Below, piece by piece: positions 18,899 to 27,710 of a DNA stretch of 64,000 nucleotides. Numbering within the stretch: the stretch's first letter is position 1; each line of letters opens with the position of its first letter. Position numbers and translations under genes: made by a program. The notes under the pieces were generated by a model. That model ran no database searches. It was not told the origin of the DNA and saw nothing but the letters and a program-made list of their open reading frames with translations. Source of the stretch: Phycisphaerae bacterium (GTDB taxonomy: Bacteria > Planctomycetota > Phycisphaerae > UBA1845 > Fen-1342); NCBI GenBank assembly GCA_963675745.2, contig CAXXWX010000016.1, positions 32,001 to 96,000 on the forward strand. The letters run 5' to 3'.

Positions 18899-21115
18899 AT
18901 GGCCTTGACAGCAAACGTCCAGCAGAAAGACGGTCGCCCGGTGCTGATGATCAACGATCAGCCCACGACCGAGTTCTGGTGCTATAGCGATCCCAACGCG
19001 ATTGCCGATTTTGCCGCCGGAGATATTTGTATCTGCCAGTTCCCGGTTCCGGCGCCGTCCTGGTGGCGCGGCGTCGGTGAATATGACTTTGAGCTGACGC
19101 GGCGGAAGATGGACGAGTTTCTCGCCGCCGCGCCGGACCTGCTCCTGATGCCGCGTGTCGGCTTTGGTCACACGGGCGAGAGTTGGTGGAGCGCCGCACA
19201 CCCCGACCATTTGTCCGTCGGCTGCGACCTTGACGAGCAGCCGGTTGACTACGCCACCGCCCGGGCGAAGCCCGCCGACTGCTGGCAATCCACCGGCTCG
19301 CAGCGCTGGACGGATGAGGCCGCTGAGGCGATGGCGGCGTTCGTCACCGATTGCGAACAACACTACGCCGACAAAGTCGTCGGCTACCACATCGGCGGCG
19401 GCATCTCAACCGAGTGGTTTCGCTGGTGGGCTTTCGTCGAAGACGTCTACGAAGACTACTCCCCTGCGGCGCGCGACGCCTTTCGCGCGTTTCTGAAAAA
19501 CCGCTACGGCGATGACGCGGCGTTACGGGACGCGTGGGGACGCACGGATGTCACGCTCGCTGACGCGGTGGTGCCTTCACCACGGCGTCTGCACACGCCG
19601 CTGTTGGGCTTCTTCCGCGATCCGCGCCGCGAGCGTGATGTGCTCGACTGGCTGGAGTATTTCAACCAGGCCAACGCAACCCAGCTACTCACGTTGGCCG
19701 ACGCCGCCAAGCGCGCTTGCGGCGGCAAGAAGCTGGTCGGCGCGTTCTTCGGCTACCTGTGGGGCCACTGGAACACGCGCAACCCGGCGCGGCAGGGGCA
19801 TCTCGACCTGCGACGTGTATTGAACAGCGACTCAATCGACTTCATCAGCTCGCCCTACCACTACGACAACCGGCACAACGGCGGTTTCCATCATTCGCAG
19901 ACCGTCCCACAGGCGATCGAGCGGGCGGGCAAGCTGCACCTTGACGAGATCGACACGCCGACCCACCTGACGGACGCCGCGGCATGGTTTGGCATACCCA
20001 CACACTTGCCCAGAAGCCTGAGCGCGAGTTGCAAGCTGCTCAGGCGCGACGCGGCGGCCATTCTTGGAACAGCGGGCAGTGCCTGGTGGATGGATCTGTA
20101 CCACAGCCGCTGGTATGGCGACGCCGGCTTGCACGACGAGCTGCGCGACTTGCAGCAGCTCGCGCGCCAGGTGTGTGACTGGAAGAGTGAGTCGCACGCC
20201 GACGTGGCCCTGGTGATCGATGACCGCAGCTACGCCTACGGCGATCTGCACGGCCCGCTCAATCAGTACTTTGCGGCACTGCCGCGGCAATTCGAATGGA
20301 GCGCGCTGGGATTCCCGATCGACACGCTGTTGCTGTCTGAGCTAACCGCCCTGCGGCCGTACAAGCTCTACGTGTTCCTGAATTGCTGGTGCGTTGAGAC
20401 GGCCCAGCGGCAGGCGATACATGAGCGTGTGCGGAAGAACGGCATGAACTCGCTGTGGTTCTACGGCGCCGGATACACCGACGGCGTGCGGTGTGACGAC
20501 GAACTGGTCAGCGAACTCGTCGGGATCGACGTCTACAGTGAGGCGGATGCCGCCGTGCCGGAAATCAAGCTGCATGACAGCGGACACCCGCTGATAGAGC
20601 AATCGCTGACCACGCCGCGCGGCGCGACACAATTCGGCGCACGACTGACGAAGGCGCAGCAGAGCGGGCTCAATTGCGGAAACCCGCAGGCCTGGGATAC
20701 GACCGCGTCGCCGATCTTTATCGTTGACGATGGCGGCGCCACCGTGCTGGGCAGCTATCTGCACGACGGCAGCCCAGGGATGGCGGTGCGTGAGCAGGAC
20801 GGGTGGTGCAGCGTGTACTGCGGGGCGCCGATGTTGCCCGGCTGGATGCTGCGCCGCGTGGCGGAATGTGCCGGCGCTCACATGTACGCGCCGCTGGGGT
20901 TCCAGGTCTGGCAGCGTGGGCCGCTGGTGGCGGTCTATAAGCCTGGTGACGCCGGCGAAGTCACGCTGTCAGCGCCAATCGGGCAAACGTTGACTCCGAT
21001 AGTCCCAAAGGGCTCCGCGCGGCACTGGCGGCCGGATACCGCGATCAGGCCCGGTCCGCAGATAGAGCTGGAATTCGTCAGTGGAGAGACAAAGTTCTTC
21101 CGAACCGGTGCGTGA
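18899..21115 (+). CDS. GH42-like / beta-galactosidase-like glycoside hydrolase
   Basis: GAGGAG RBS; DYSPAARDAFRAFLKNRYGDDAALRDAWG, GYHIGGG..TEW, trimerisation-like C-terminal half. Confidence 0.7.
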   Translation: MALTANVQQKDGRPVLMINDQPTTEFWCYSDPNAIADFAAGDICICQFPVPAPSWWRGVGEYDFELTRRKMDEFLAAAPDLLLMPRVGFGHTGESWWSAAHPDHLSVGCDLDEQPVDYATARAKPADCWQSTGSQRWTDEAAEAMAAFVTDCEQHYADKVVGYHIGGGISTEWFRWWAFVEDVYEDYSPAARDAFRAFLKNRYGDDAALRDAWGRTDVTLADAVVPSPRRLHTPLLGFFRDPRRERDVLDWLEYFNQANATQLLTLADAAKRACGGKKLVGAFFGYLWGHWNTRNPARQGHLDLRRVLNSDSIDFISSPYHYDNRHNGGFHHSQTVPQAIERAGKLHLDEIDTPTHLTDAAAWFGIPTHLPRSLSASCKLLRRDAAAILGTAGSAWWMDLYHSRWYGDAGLHDELRDLQQLARQVCDWKSESHADVALVIDDRSYAYGDLHGPLNQYFAALPRQFEWSALGFPIDTLLLSELTALRPYKLYVFLNCWCVETAQRQAIHERVRKNGMNSLWFYGAGYTDGVRCDDELVSELVGIDVYSEADAAVPEIKLHDSGHPLIEQSLTTPRGATQFGARLTKAQQSGLNCGNPQAWDTTASPIFIVDDGGATVLGSYLHDGSPGMAVREQDGWCSVYCGAPMLPGWMLRRVAECAGAHMYAPLGFQVWQRGPLVAVYKPGDAGEVTLSAPIGQTLTPIVPKGSARHWRPDTAIRPGPQIELEFVSGETKFFRTGA

Positions 21116-21156
21116 AGGCCGGATGTAGGGTAGGTCGAGTGCAGCGCGACCTGCCG

Positions 21157-22182
21157 TCACACGCCGCCGAACGCACGCGCCGCCGCTTCGACGTTGCGCG
21201 CGCCGATGATCGCGGAACAGACCGCAACGCAGCTTGCGCCACCCGCCAGCAGCGCCCCGGCGTTTTCGGCGTCAATCCCGCCAATAGCCACCAGCGGTAA
21301 TTCCGTTCTCTCGCGCGCATGCGCCAACAGCTCAGGGCCGGCGACGTGGCCTTGTGGCTTGGTGCTGGTCGGATACATCGGCCCGACGGCGATGTAGTCC
21401 GGCTGTTCGACCAGGGCCGCGGCGAATTGCTCAGGGTTGTGCGTGCTCTTGCCGACCAGCATCTGGGCCCCCGCGACTCGGCGGGCCTCGGCCACGCCGA
21501 GGTCACCCTGGCCGACGTGTACGCCATCGGCGCCTGCCAGGCGCGCGATGTCCGGTCGATCGTTGATCATGCACAAAGCATCGTATTGGGTCGCGAGTTC
21601 GCGCAGTTGTCGCGCGCGGCGTAGAAGTTCCCCGTCGGGCAGCGATTTTTCGCGTAGCTGCACGCACGTCGCCCCGCCGCGCAGTGCCGCCTCGGCGGCG
21701 GCCGGCCACTCGGCGCTGCACAGGTCGGCGGTGACCAGCACATACAGACGTACGTTGCGGAGACGCGCGCGAATGTCGCCGCGCAGGATGACGCGCTGCT
21801 CCAGCTCGTACGTGTCGTAGCGGATCTCTTCGGCCAGGGCGGCGGCCTGTGCCGACACGAGCTTGGCATACTCGCCCAGCACGCGCGTAGCTTCCTGGGC
21901 CCGGGCAAACGCCGCGCGCACGACGTCCGCGCTCGCAGCGCGCTCCAGCTCGCCGCCGGTCTTGATGGTTGTGCCGACGTCGTTGGTGATATCGCGCGCG
22001 GCCAGCAGCGCGTCGCCGCCCACAAGCTCGACAATTCTCCGCAACCTGTGACGGCAGTGCTTCACGGCCGCGGCCGCATCCGCATCATCGCACTCGAAGC
22101 GCGCATAGTCCTCAATGACGCGCAGAGCTTCGCGCGCGCGGTTGACGTTCGCGTCAAGAATCCGTGTGACCGCCGTGTCCAT
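21157..22182 (-). CDS. thiE: thiamine-phosphate synthase with N-terminal ThiD2 domain
   Basis: RILDANVNRAREALRVIEDYARF; VQLREK, INDRPDIA, GVHVGQGD, VAIGGI. Confidence 0.92.
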   Translation of the reverse strand: MDTAVTRILDANVNRAREALRVIEDYARFECDDADAAAAVKHCRHRLRRIVELVGGDALLAARDITNDVGTTIKTGGELERAASADVVRAAFARAQEATRVLGEYAKLVSAQAAALAEEIRYDTYELEQRVILRGDIRARLRNVRLYVLVTADLCSAEWPAAAEAALRGGATCVQLREKSLPDGELLRRARQLRELATQYDALCMINDRPDIARLAGADGVHVGQGDLGVAEARRVAGAQMLVGKSTHNPEQFAAALVEQPDYIAVGPMYPTSTKPQGHVAGPELLAHARERTELPLVAIGGIDAENAGALLAGGASCVAVCSAIIGARNVEAAARAFGGV

Positions 22183-22317
22183 CTGTGCTCCGCGTTGACC
22201 TGACAGGACGCCATTGTACCGCACTGTGCAGAATGCGTGACCGGATGCACTGCGGGGGAGGTGCGGGCTGTGGCGGTCGCGGGTCTGACACCCAGCCCCC
22301 TCAGTTCCAGGAGATCC

Positions 22318-22375
22318 GCTCTGTGAGCCGTGCTGCCGCGCGGGTGGAAGAGCACGGCTCACAGAGCCGTGGCAC
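22318..22375. repeat. REP-like inverted repeat pair
   Basis: Perfect 17-bp arms GCTCTGTGAGCCGTGCT (22318-34) and AGCACGGCTCACAGAGC (22351-67); the right unit is itself the palindrome CACGGCTC-ACA-GAGCCGTG followed by GCAC. Confidence 0.8.
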
Positions 22376-22395
22376 ACCCACATCAGGACAGCGTA

Positions 22396-22881
22396 CTACG
22401 GGATGTCCCAGGCCCAGTGAGCACCGTGGATGTAGAGGCGGTCGACAAGCTGTGCCAGCGACACGACCACCGGGATCAGTGTGATCGCGACGGCCCATTC
22501 CGCCAGCCGCCGTCCGACGCGGTCGCGCGCGCGCCCCACCGCTTCGCAGATGAGAATCACCAGCAAAACCAACGTGAACTTGTAGACCACCATCCCGGGC
22601 AGGTTGTAGCGTTCGATGATCACCGCCGCCATCGGGTTCACCTCGGCCCCGCCGAAGTGCAGCACGATCCAGGTGATCATGATATCCAGCGAGGCGAACA
22701 GCACGTACCACACGTAGAGCTTCGGGTAGAGCATCGCCCGGCTGAAGATCGAGCGCGGCTCGGGCAGGACGAACGGCTCGGACTGCGCCGAGTCGTTTGC
22801 ATGGCGCACACTCGCCCGCCGCTCGCCGACGTGCTCCGGCGAGGATGCGTGCTGAGCGCAAGCCGAGCTATTCTCCTCCAT
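22396..22881 (-). CDS. DUF5658-like small membrane protein
   Basis: SLDIMITWIVL..GGAEVNPMA..II....LPGMVVYKF. Confidence 0.75.
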   Translation of the reverse strand: MEENSSACAQHASSPEHVGERRASVRHANDSAQSEPFVLPEPRSIFSRAMLYPKLYVWYVLFASLDIMITWIVLHFGGAEVNPMAAVIIERYNLPGMVVYKFTLVLLVILICEAVGRARDRVGRRLAEWAVAITLIPVVVSLAQLVDRLYIHGAHWAWDIP

Positions 22882-23029
22882 AACCGGCCGCCGTGATACG
22901 GGCCCGATGGGTCGCGCGGCCCAGGCGGCAGACCACACGGCCGCGCGCCGGTGCGCAGCGTCCAACAACGCCCCATCTGTGCCGCAATATTCTATCGGCA
23001 GACGCGGCGGATCGGGATGGGAAAAGCGG

Positions 23030-23064
23030 AGGCAACCAGGCAACCAGGCAACAAGGCAACGAGG
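23030..23064. repeat. 8-bp tandem repeat (AGGCAACN) x4
   Basis: AGGCAACC AGGCAACC AGGCAACA AGGCAACG AGG. Confidence 0.85.
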
Positions 23065-23108
23065 GGGCGGGGCCGCCGCACCGTGTGAGGCATCGCGCCG
23101 GGCTCCCT

Positions 23109-23257
23109 GGTAGGCTTCAGCCGACCTGTCGCTGCCACCAACGTCAGCTGGTGGGTGTTGAGATATTCCGGTTTCAGCCCTCAAGCAGCCGGGGCAGGTG
23201 CCGGCCGCGAACCGCCAGTTGAAACTGGTGGCAAGGGCCGGTCGGCTGAAGCCGACC
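23109..23257. repeat. REPIN/BIME-like element with 32-bp inverted arms
   Basis: 23109-23140 vs 23226-23257, 27/32 complementary; core palindrome GGTCGGC-TGAA-GCCGACC. Confidence 0.8.
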
Positions 23258-23426
23258 AACAGCCCCCCCCGCGTGGCGCCACGCGGCCGTGTGCAGCATT
23301 ACAGTCTTACGGCGACCAGCCCTCTGCGGCGCGCGTGTCATTAACCATGGAACACGTGACGACTCGTGTTCGGCTTGTGGCTTGGGCGCGCGCCGGCTAA
23401 GATCGAACGTTCTTGATCGGTATTCA

Positions 23427-23522
23427 GGGAGTGTCCGGACGCCTGGTGGGTCCCGCGGCCTTCAAAGCCGTTGAGGGGTTGTACAACCAGCCCCTGGTGG
23501 GTTCGATTCCCATCCACTCCCG
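23427..23522 (+). tRNA. selC: tRNA-Sec (anticodon UCA)
   Basis: Anticodon arm GCGGC-CTTCAAA-GCCGT, extended D stem with TGGT loop, long variable arm, T arm GTGGG-TTCGATT-CCCAT, 8/5 fold, discriminator G; CCA not encoded. Confidence 0.93.
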
Positions 23523-23622
23523 TGAAGCGGTCAGCGATCGGCGGTTAGCCTTCAGCTTGCAATCGCCGTGGAGCTTGCGCTTTGCTGATCTTCCACGATC
23601 TCTCACGGCGTGTTCTGTGTCG

Positions 23623-24138
23623 ATGATCAAGACCATTTTCCTGCTTTGTGTATGGCTGGGCGCCGTATTCGTTGCAGTCTGCGAGTTCGCCGTTCCGGCT
23701 CTCACTCCTGGTCGCGTGAACTGGGTGGCGGCAATGATCGGAGTCGCCTGTCTGCTGGCGGGGCCATGGCTTCATGGACACCGATGCGCCTGGCGCCCCC
23801 TGTTCTTTGTGTATGGATGCTTGGGAGGGCTGCTGTTTATTCCGCTCTTCTACCCCAACGCGCGGGACTTTCTTGGCCAGGCGGCGAATTGCAGTCCTAC
23901 TCAAAGAGCGGAAGACTGGGGATTCGCGATCACATGCATAGTTGGCGTGGTGTTTGCAGGCATTGTCTGCCGTCTGCTGGCAGCAGTGAGCTATGCCCAA
24001 GGAGAGTCGCGCCAGAGAGCCCCCGGGCGTTGCCGGAAGTGCGGCTATCGGCTGTTCGGATTGCCGGAGCCTCGTTGCCCAGAGTGCGGCACGCCGTTTG
24101 ACGCCGGCAACGGAGATTCGACGCCGCGTCATCGCTGA
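23623..24138 (+). CDS. membrane protein with C-terminal zinc ribbon
   Basis: Four hydrophobic segments, then CRKCGYRLFGLPEPRCPECG. Confidence 0.75.
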   Translation: MIKTIFLLCVWLGAVFVAVCEFAVPALTPGRVNWVAAMIGVACLLAGPWLHGHRCAWRPLFFVYGCLGGLLFIPLFYPNARDFLGQAANCSPTQRAEDWGFAITCIVGVVFAGIVCRLLAAVSYAQGESRQRAPGRCRKCGYRLFGLPEPRCPECGTPFDAGNGDSTPRHR

Positions 24139-24256
24139 GGCCGTAAGAGCGTTGCGCGTGACCGCAGCCACCGGTCCGAAGCCGCCGTGGTCGCGGATAT
24201 TGCGCGGGTCGGCGATTGTCGGCTTGTGTCATGACCACGATCCGGCGTGGAGATGG

Positions 24257-24385
24257 ATGCTGATGATTGCCTACATCGGTCCCGGAGTTGGAATTTCTCT
24301 GCCTCTACCGCTGCTCGCCGGCGCGGGGGTGACACTGCTGGCGATCGCCGTCTGGCTGTTGGTGCGCTTCCGGCGGGATCACTAG
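24257..24385 (+). CDS. small single-pass membrane protein (42 aa) with AYIGPG motif
   Basis: GGAG upstream; MLMIAYIGPGVGISLPLPLLAGAGVTLLAIAVWLLVRFRRDH. Confidence 0.55.
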   Translation: MLMIAYIGPGVGISLPLPLLAGAGVTLLAIAVWLLVRFRRDH

Positions 24386-24428
24386 CGCGAAACGGGGCGG
24401 CCGATTGAGGGCTGGCCTGGGAACGGTT

Positions 24429-24456
24429 TTGTTTTCGCACGCGCCAACGCTACAAT
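24429..24456 (+). promoter_or_regulatory. putative sigma70 promoter
   Basis: TTGTTT (24429-34), 16-nt spacer, TACAAT (24451-56). Confidence 0.5.
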
Positions 24457-24463
24457 AACCAAT

Positions 24464-24681
24464 GGTCTCTCCGGGAAGAGGGAGCAAGCATCTCAGGTTT
24501 TACCGGCGGTTCTCGCGATCGGGGATCGCCGGGCCGGTTGGCGACTCGCCGGTCGGTGCAGCATCGGGAAGGAGTGCCGCCGTAGCCGGCGACGTTCGGG
24601 CGTTTCCGGCCGCGGTTCTGTGGTTGTCGGGATAGTCGGTCCGGGTTCTGGACCGAGGGCGGGATATTCAGGGAAGAGACC
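24464..24681 (+). ncRNA. candidate structured RNA / 5' leader of unknown family
   Basis: Closing stem GGTCTCTCC / GGAAGAGACC and hairpins at 24503-32, 24533-57, 24580-615 and 24636-56 with many G-U pairs. Confidence 0.55.
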
Positions 24682-24822
24682 TCGTCGTCAGTCCAGGCGG
24701 GCGCTGCGCCTCAAGGTCATCCGGGCGGACACCGATCGATAGGTGAGAGGGTACAAGGGCGCGATAATACCAGTGCGCCACCCCGTTCAGGTGTTCAATC
24801 TGCCGTCCTGACGAGGAAAAAC

Positions 24823-26043
24823 ATGACTGCCGACCACCCCCCGCTGCCGTCGGACCAGGATTCCACCGGCCGACAACTGGGTGAAGAAGAAATCCAGCGC
24901 CTGGCCGATGTGATTCGCTCAGGTACCTTGACCAGCACCCGGGGCACCCAGGTCAAGCAACTTCAGGAGCAACTCGCCGGCCTGTTCGGCGTGAAATACG
25001 CCTACGCGTGTACGTCGGGCACGGCGGCGATTCACACCGCGGTCGCCGCGATCAATCCTGAACCGGGCGACGAGATCATCACGACGTCGGTGACCGACAT
25101 GGGCGCCCTGACGCCGATCCTGTACCAGGGCGCGATTCCGGTCTTCGCCGACATCGATCCCCACACGTACAACGTCACCGCCGAGACCATTGAGGCACGC
25201 CTCAGCGAACGCACCAGAGCCATCATCGTCACGCACCTGTTCGGCAATCCGTGCGAGATGGACAGGATTATGGCGGTTGCGGACAAGGCGGGTGTCCCGG
25301 TGATAGAGGATGCCGCGCAGGCCTATCTGGCGCGCAGCCAGGGCCAACTGGTGGGCACGGCCGGCGCGATCGGCTGCTTCAGCCTCCAGCAGGGAAAGCA
25401 CATCACCACCGGCGAGGGCGGTTTCGTCCTTACCGATGACGATGCCCTCGCCCGCCGCATGTTTCTGTTCATCAACAAGGCCTGGGGCTACGGCGACGCA
25501 AAGCCGGACCATTACTTCCTGTCGCTCAACTATCGAACCAGTGAGCTTGAAGGCGCGGTGGCGGTGGCGCAGCTGGGCAAGCTGCCTGCCGCTGTCGAGC
25601 ACCGCCGCGCAATGGCCGCGATGCTCACCGAGTCGCTGGGCGACATCGAGGAAATCGAGACACCGGTGGCTCGCGAAGGGGACGAACACACCTATTGGCG
25701 TTACGCGCTGCGTGTGTCTGACATGGTCGGCGGCCCCACCGCCATGGCCACGGCGTTGAAGGAGCTCGGTGTGCCGTCGGGCCCGCGGTACATCCAGAAA
25801 CCCGCGTTCCAGTGCCAGGTTTTTGCCGAGCAGCGCACGTTCGGTGACAGTCGCTGGCCATTCACGCTCGCCCGGCCCGAGGCCGTCGATTACACGCCGC
25901 AGAACTTTCCCGGCACGTTCGACGCCCTTAACCACGTTCTCGTATTGCCGTTCAACGACCGTTTCATGGATCAGCACGTCCGGCGAATCGCCGATGCCGT
26001 CAAATCGTCAATCCAGAACATGCGTCAGGAGCAATTGTCATGA
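24823..26043 (+). CDS. DegT/DnrJ/EryC1/StrS sugar aminotransferase
   Basis: SGTAAIH, VIEDAAQA, FSLQQGKHITTGEGG (PLP Lys); GAGGA RBS. Confidence 0.93.
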   Translation: MTADHPPLPSDQDSTGRQLGEEEIQRLADVIRSGTLTSTRGTQVKQLQEQLAGLFGVKYAYACTSGTAAIHTAVAAINPEPGDEIITTSVTDMGALTPILYQGAIPVFADIDPHTYNVTAETIEARLSERTRAIIVTHLFGNPCEMDRIMAVADKAGVPVIEDAAQAYLARSQGQLVGTAGAIGCFSLQQGKHITTGEGGFVLTDDDALARRMFLFINKAWGYGDAKPDHYFLSLNYRTSELEGAVAVAQLGKLPAAVEHRRAMAAMLTESLGDIEEIETPVAREGDEHTYWRYALRVSDMVGGPTAMATALKELGVPSGPRYIQKPAFQCQVFAEQRTFGDSRWPFTLARPEAVDYTPQNFPGTFDALNHVLVLPFNDRFMDQHVRRIADAVKSSIQNMRQEQLS

Positions 26044-27038
26044 CGCCTCTACGAATCGGCCTGATTGGCGCGGGGGCAATCGCGCCGGCCTATGTCCAGG
26101 CAATCGGTGAGTCGCCGGAATGTGAAATCCGCGGCATCGCGGACATCTGCGACGATTCGGCACGCGCCATGGCGCAGAGTGCCCATTGCCCCGCGTTTCC
26201 CTCGGTGGCCAAGCTGCTCAGCGAGACAGTGTGTGATGCGGCCATCGTCTGCACACCGCCCAACACGCACGCCACCATCTGCCGCACGCTGCTGGAACGC
26301 CACATTCCCGTGCTTTGCGAGAAGCCGCTCTGTCTGCACGTGGAAGATGCGGTGCTGCTGACAGAGCTGGCAGCCCGTGAAAACGTGCTGTTCACGATGG
26401 CGACCAAGTTCCGCTTCGTGAAAGACGTCATCGAAGCGCGCGGCATGGTCGCGTCCGGCGCGATCGGAGATGTGCTGCTGTTCGAAAACGCGTTCACGTC
26501 GCGTGTCGACATGAGCCATCGGTGGAACAGTGACCCGGCCGCAAGTGGCGGCGGCGTGATCGTCGACAACGGAACGCACTCGGTCGATCTGGTGCGCTAT
26601 TTCCTCGGACCGATCAAGGCGGTACAGGCGATTGTCGGCCGGCGTATACAGGATATAGAGGTTGACGACAGTGCCCAGATGTGGCTTCAGACGCACGACA
26701 ACGTTATCGCCACGATCGACCTGTCGTGGAGCCTGAACAAGGATCTGGAGTCGTTCATCCAGGTTTACGGGTCCAAGGGCACCATCCGCGTCGGCTGGCG
26801 CACTTCGGTGTTCAAGGACGCCTCCAGCAGCACATGGACCGCTTTCGGTTCGGGTTATGACAAGATTCAGGCGTTCCGCAGCCAGATCCGCAACTTCTGC
26901 CGCGCCGTGCGCGGTGAAGAGGACGTGCTCGTAACGCACGCCGACGCTTTGGCATCCGTACGCGTCATCGAAGCGGCATACCTCTCGCTGCACCAGAACA
27001 ACTGGGTCGACGTCGGTAAGTCACTGGTGCCGGTATGA
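26040..27038 (+). CDS. Gfo/Idh/MocA NAD-dependent oxidoreductase
   Basis: IGLIGAGAIA, VLCEKP, GGGVIVDNGTHSVD; ATGA overlap with the upstream gene. Confidence 0.92.
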   Translation: MTPLRIGLIGAGAIAPAYVQAIGESPECEIRGIADICDDSARAMAQSAHCPAFPSVAKLLSETVCDAAIVCTPPNTHATICRTLLERHIPVLCEKPLCLHVEDAVLLTELAARENVLFTMATKFRFVKDVIEARGMVASGAIGDVLLFENAFTSRVDMSHRWNSDPAASGGGVIVDNGTHSVDLVRYFLGPIKAVQAIVGRRIQDIEVDDSAQMWLQTHDNVIATIDLSWSLNKDLESFIQVYGSKGTIRVGWRTSVFKDASSSTWTAFGSGYDKIQAFRSQIRNFCRAVRGEEDVLVTHADALASVRVIEAAYLSLHQNNWVDVGKSLVPV

Positions 27039-27649
27039 CCACACGCGTGCATCCCACGGCGTTAATCGAAGACGGCGTCGAAATCGGGGATGGCACGGCG
27101 GTCTGGGACAGTGTCCACATTCGCGGCCCATCCCGCGTCGGCCGTGAGTGCATCATCGGGGAGAAATCCTACATCGCCTACGGCGTCAGCATCGGCGACC
27201 GCGTCAAGATCAACGCCCTTGTGTATGTCTGCACCGCCGTAACGATCGAGGATGGGGTCATGATCAGCGCGGGAACGACGTTTACCAACGATCGTTATCC
27301 ACGCGCGACCACGCCCGATCTGGCGGAACTGCGCGCATCGGAGCCGGACGAGGAAACAGAGGCGACGCTGGTTGGCCAGGGAGCAACCATCGGCGCGCGG
27401 GCCGTGATCGGCCCCGGGCTGAGGATCGGGCGTTTCGCGATGGTTGGCATGGGTAGTGTCGTGACGCGTGACGTGCCGGACTTTCATCTGGTTGTCGGCC
27501 ACCCCGCCGAGTCAATCGGTGCCGTATGCCGCTGCGGCTGGCCCATAGTGCGCGCCGGCGCCGGATTCCCCGCGGAATCAACGACACTGACTTGCGAACG
27601 CTGCGCGTGCCGCTACACGGTTGCTGGCGCGCTGGTCCGCGAGCTGTAG
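27035..27649 (+). CDS. hexapeptide-repeat sugar N-acyltransferase (WbpD/FdtC-like)
   Basis: VHPTALIE, FTNDRYPR, GATIGARAVI, VTRDVP..LVVGHPA, C-terminal Cys knuckle. Confidence 0.9.
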   Translation: MTTRVHPTALIEDGVEIGDGTAVWDSVHIRGPSRVGRECIIGEKSYIAYGVSIGDRVKINALVYVCTAVTIEDGVMISAGTTFTNDRYPRATTPDLAELRASEPDEETEATLVGQGATIGARAVIGPGLRIGRFAMVGMGSVVTRDVPDFHLVVGHPAESIGAVCRCGWPIVRAGAGFPAESTTLTCERCACRYTVAGALVREL

Positions 27650-27710
27650 ACCGCCGCCCTCGACGCGAGAAAGCGGCGGCCGATACACATGCGCTGCTGT
27701 GCGTGACGAC

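Noticed and set aside
22183..22395. TPP riboswitch upstream of thiE
   Set aside because: CTGAG..ACCC is present on the minus strand, but the ACCTGAT..AATGCC..GCGNAGG half is missing; REP-like repeats explain the structure.
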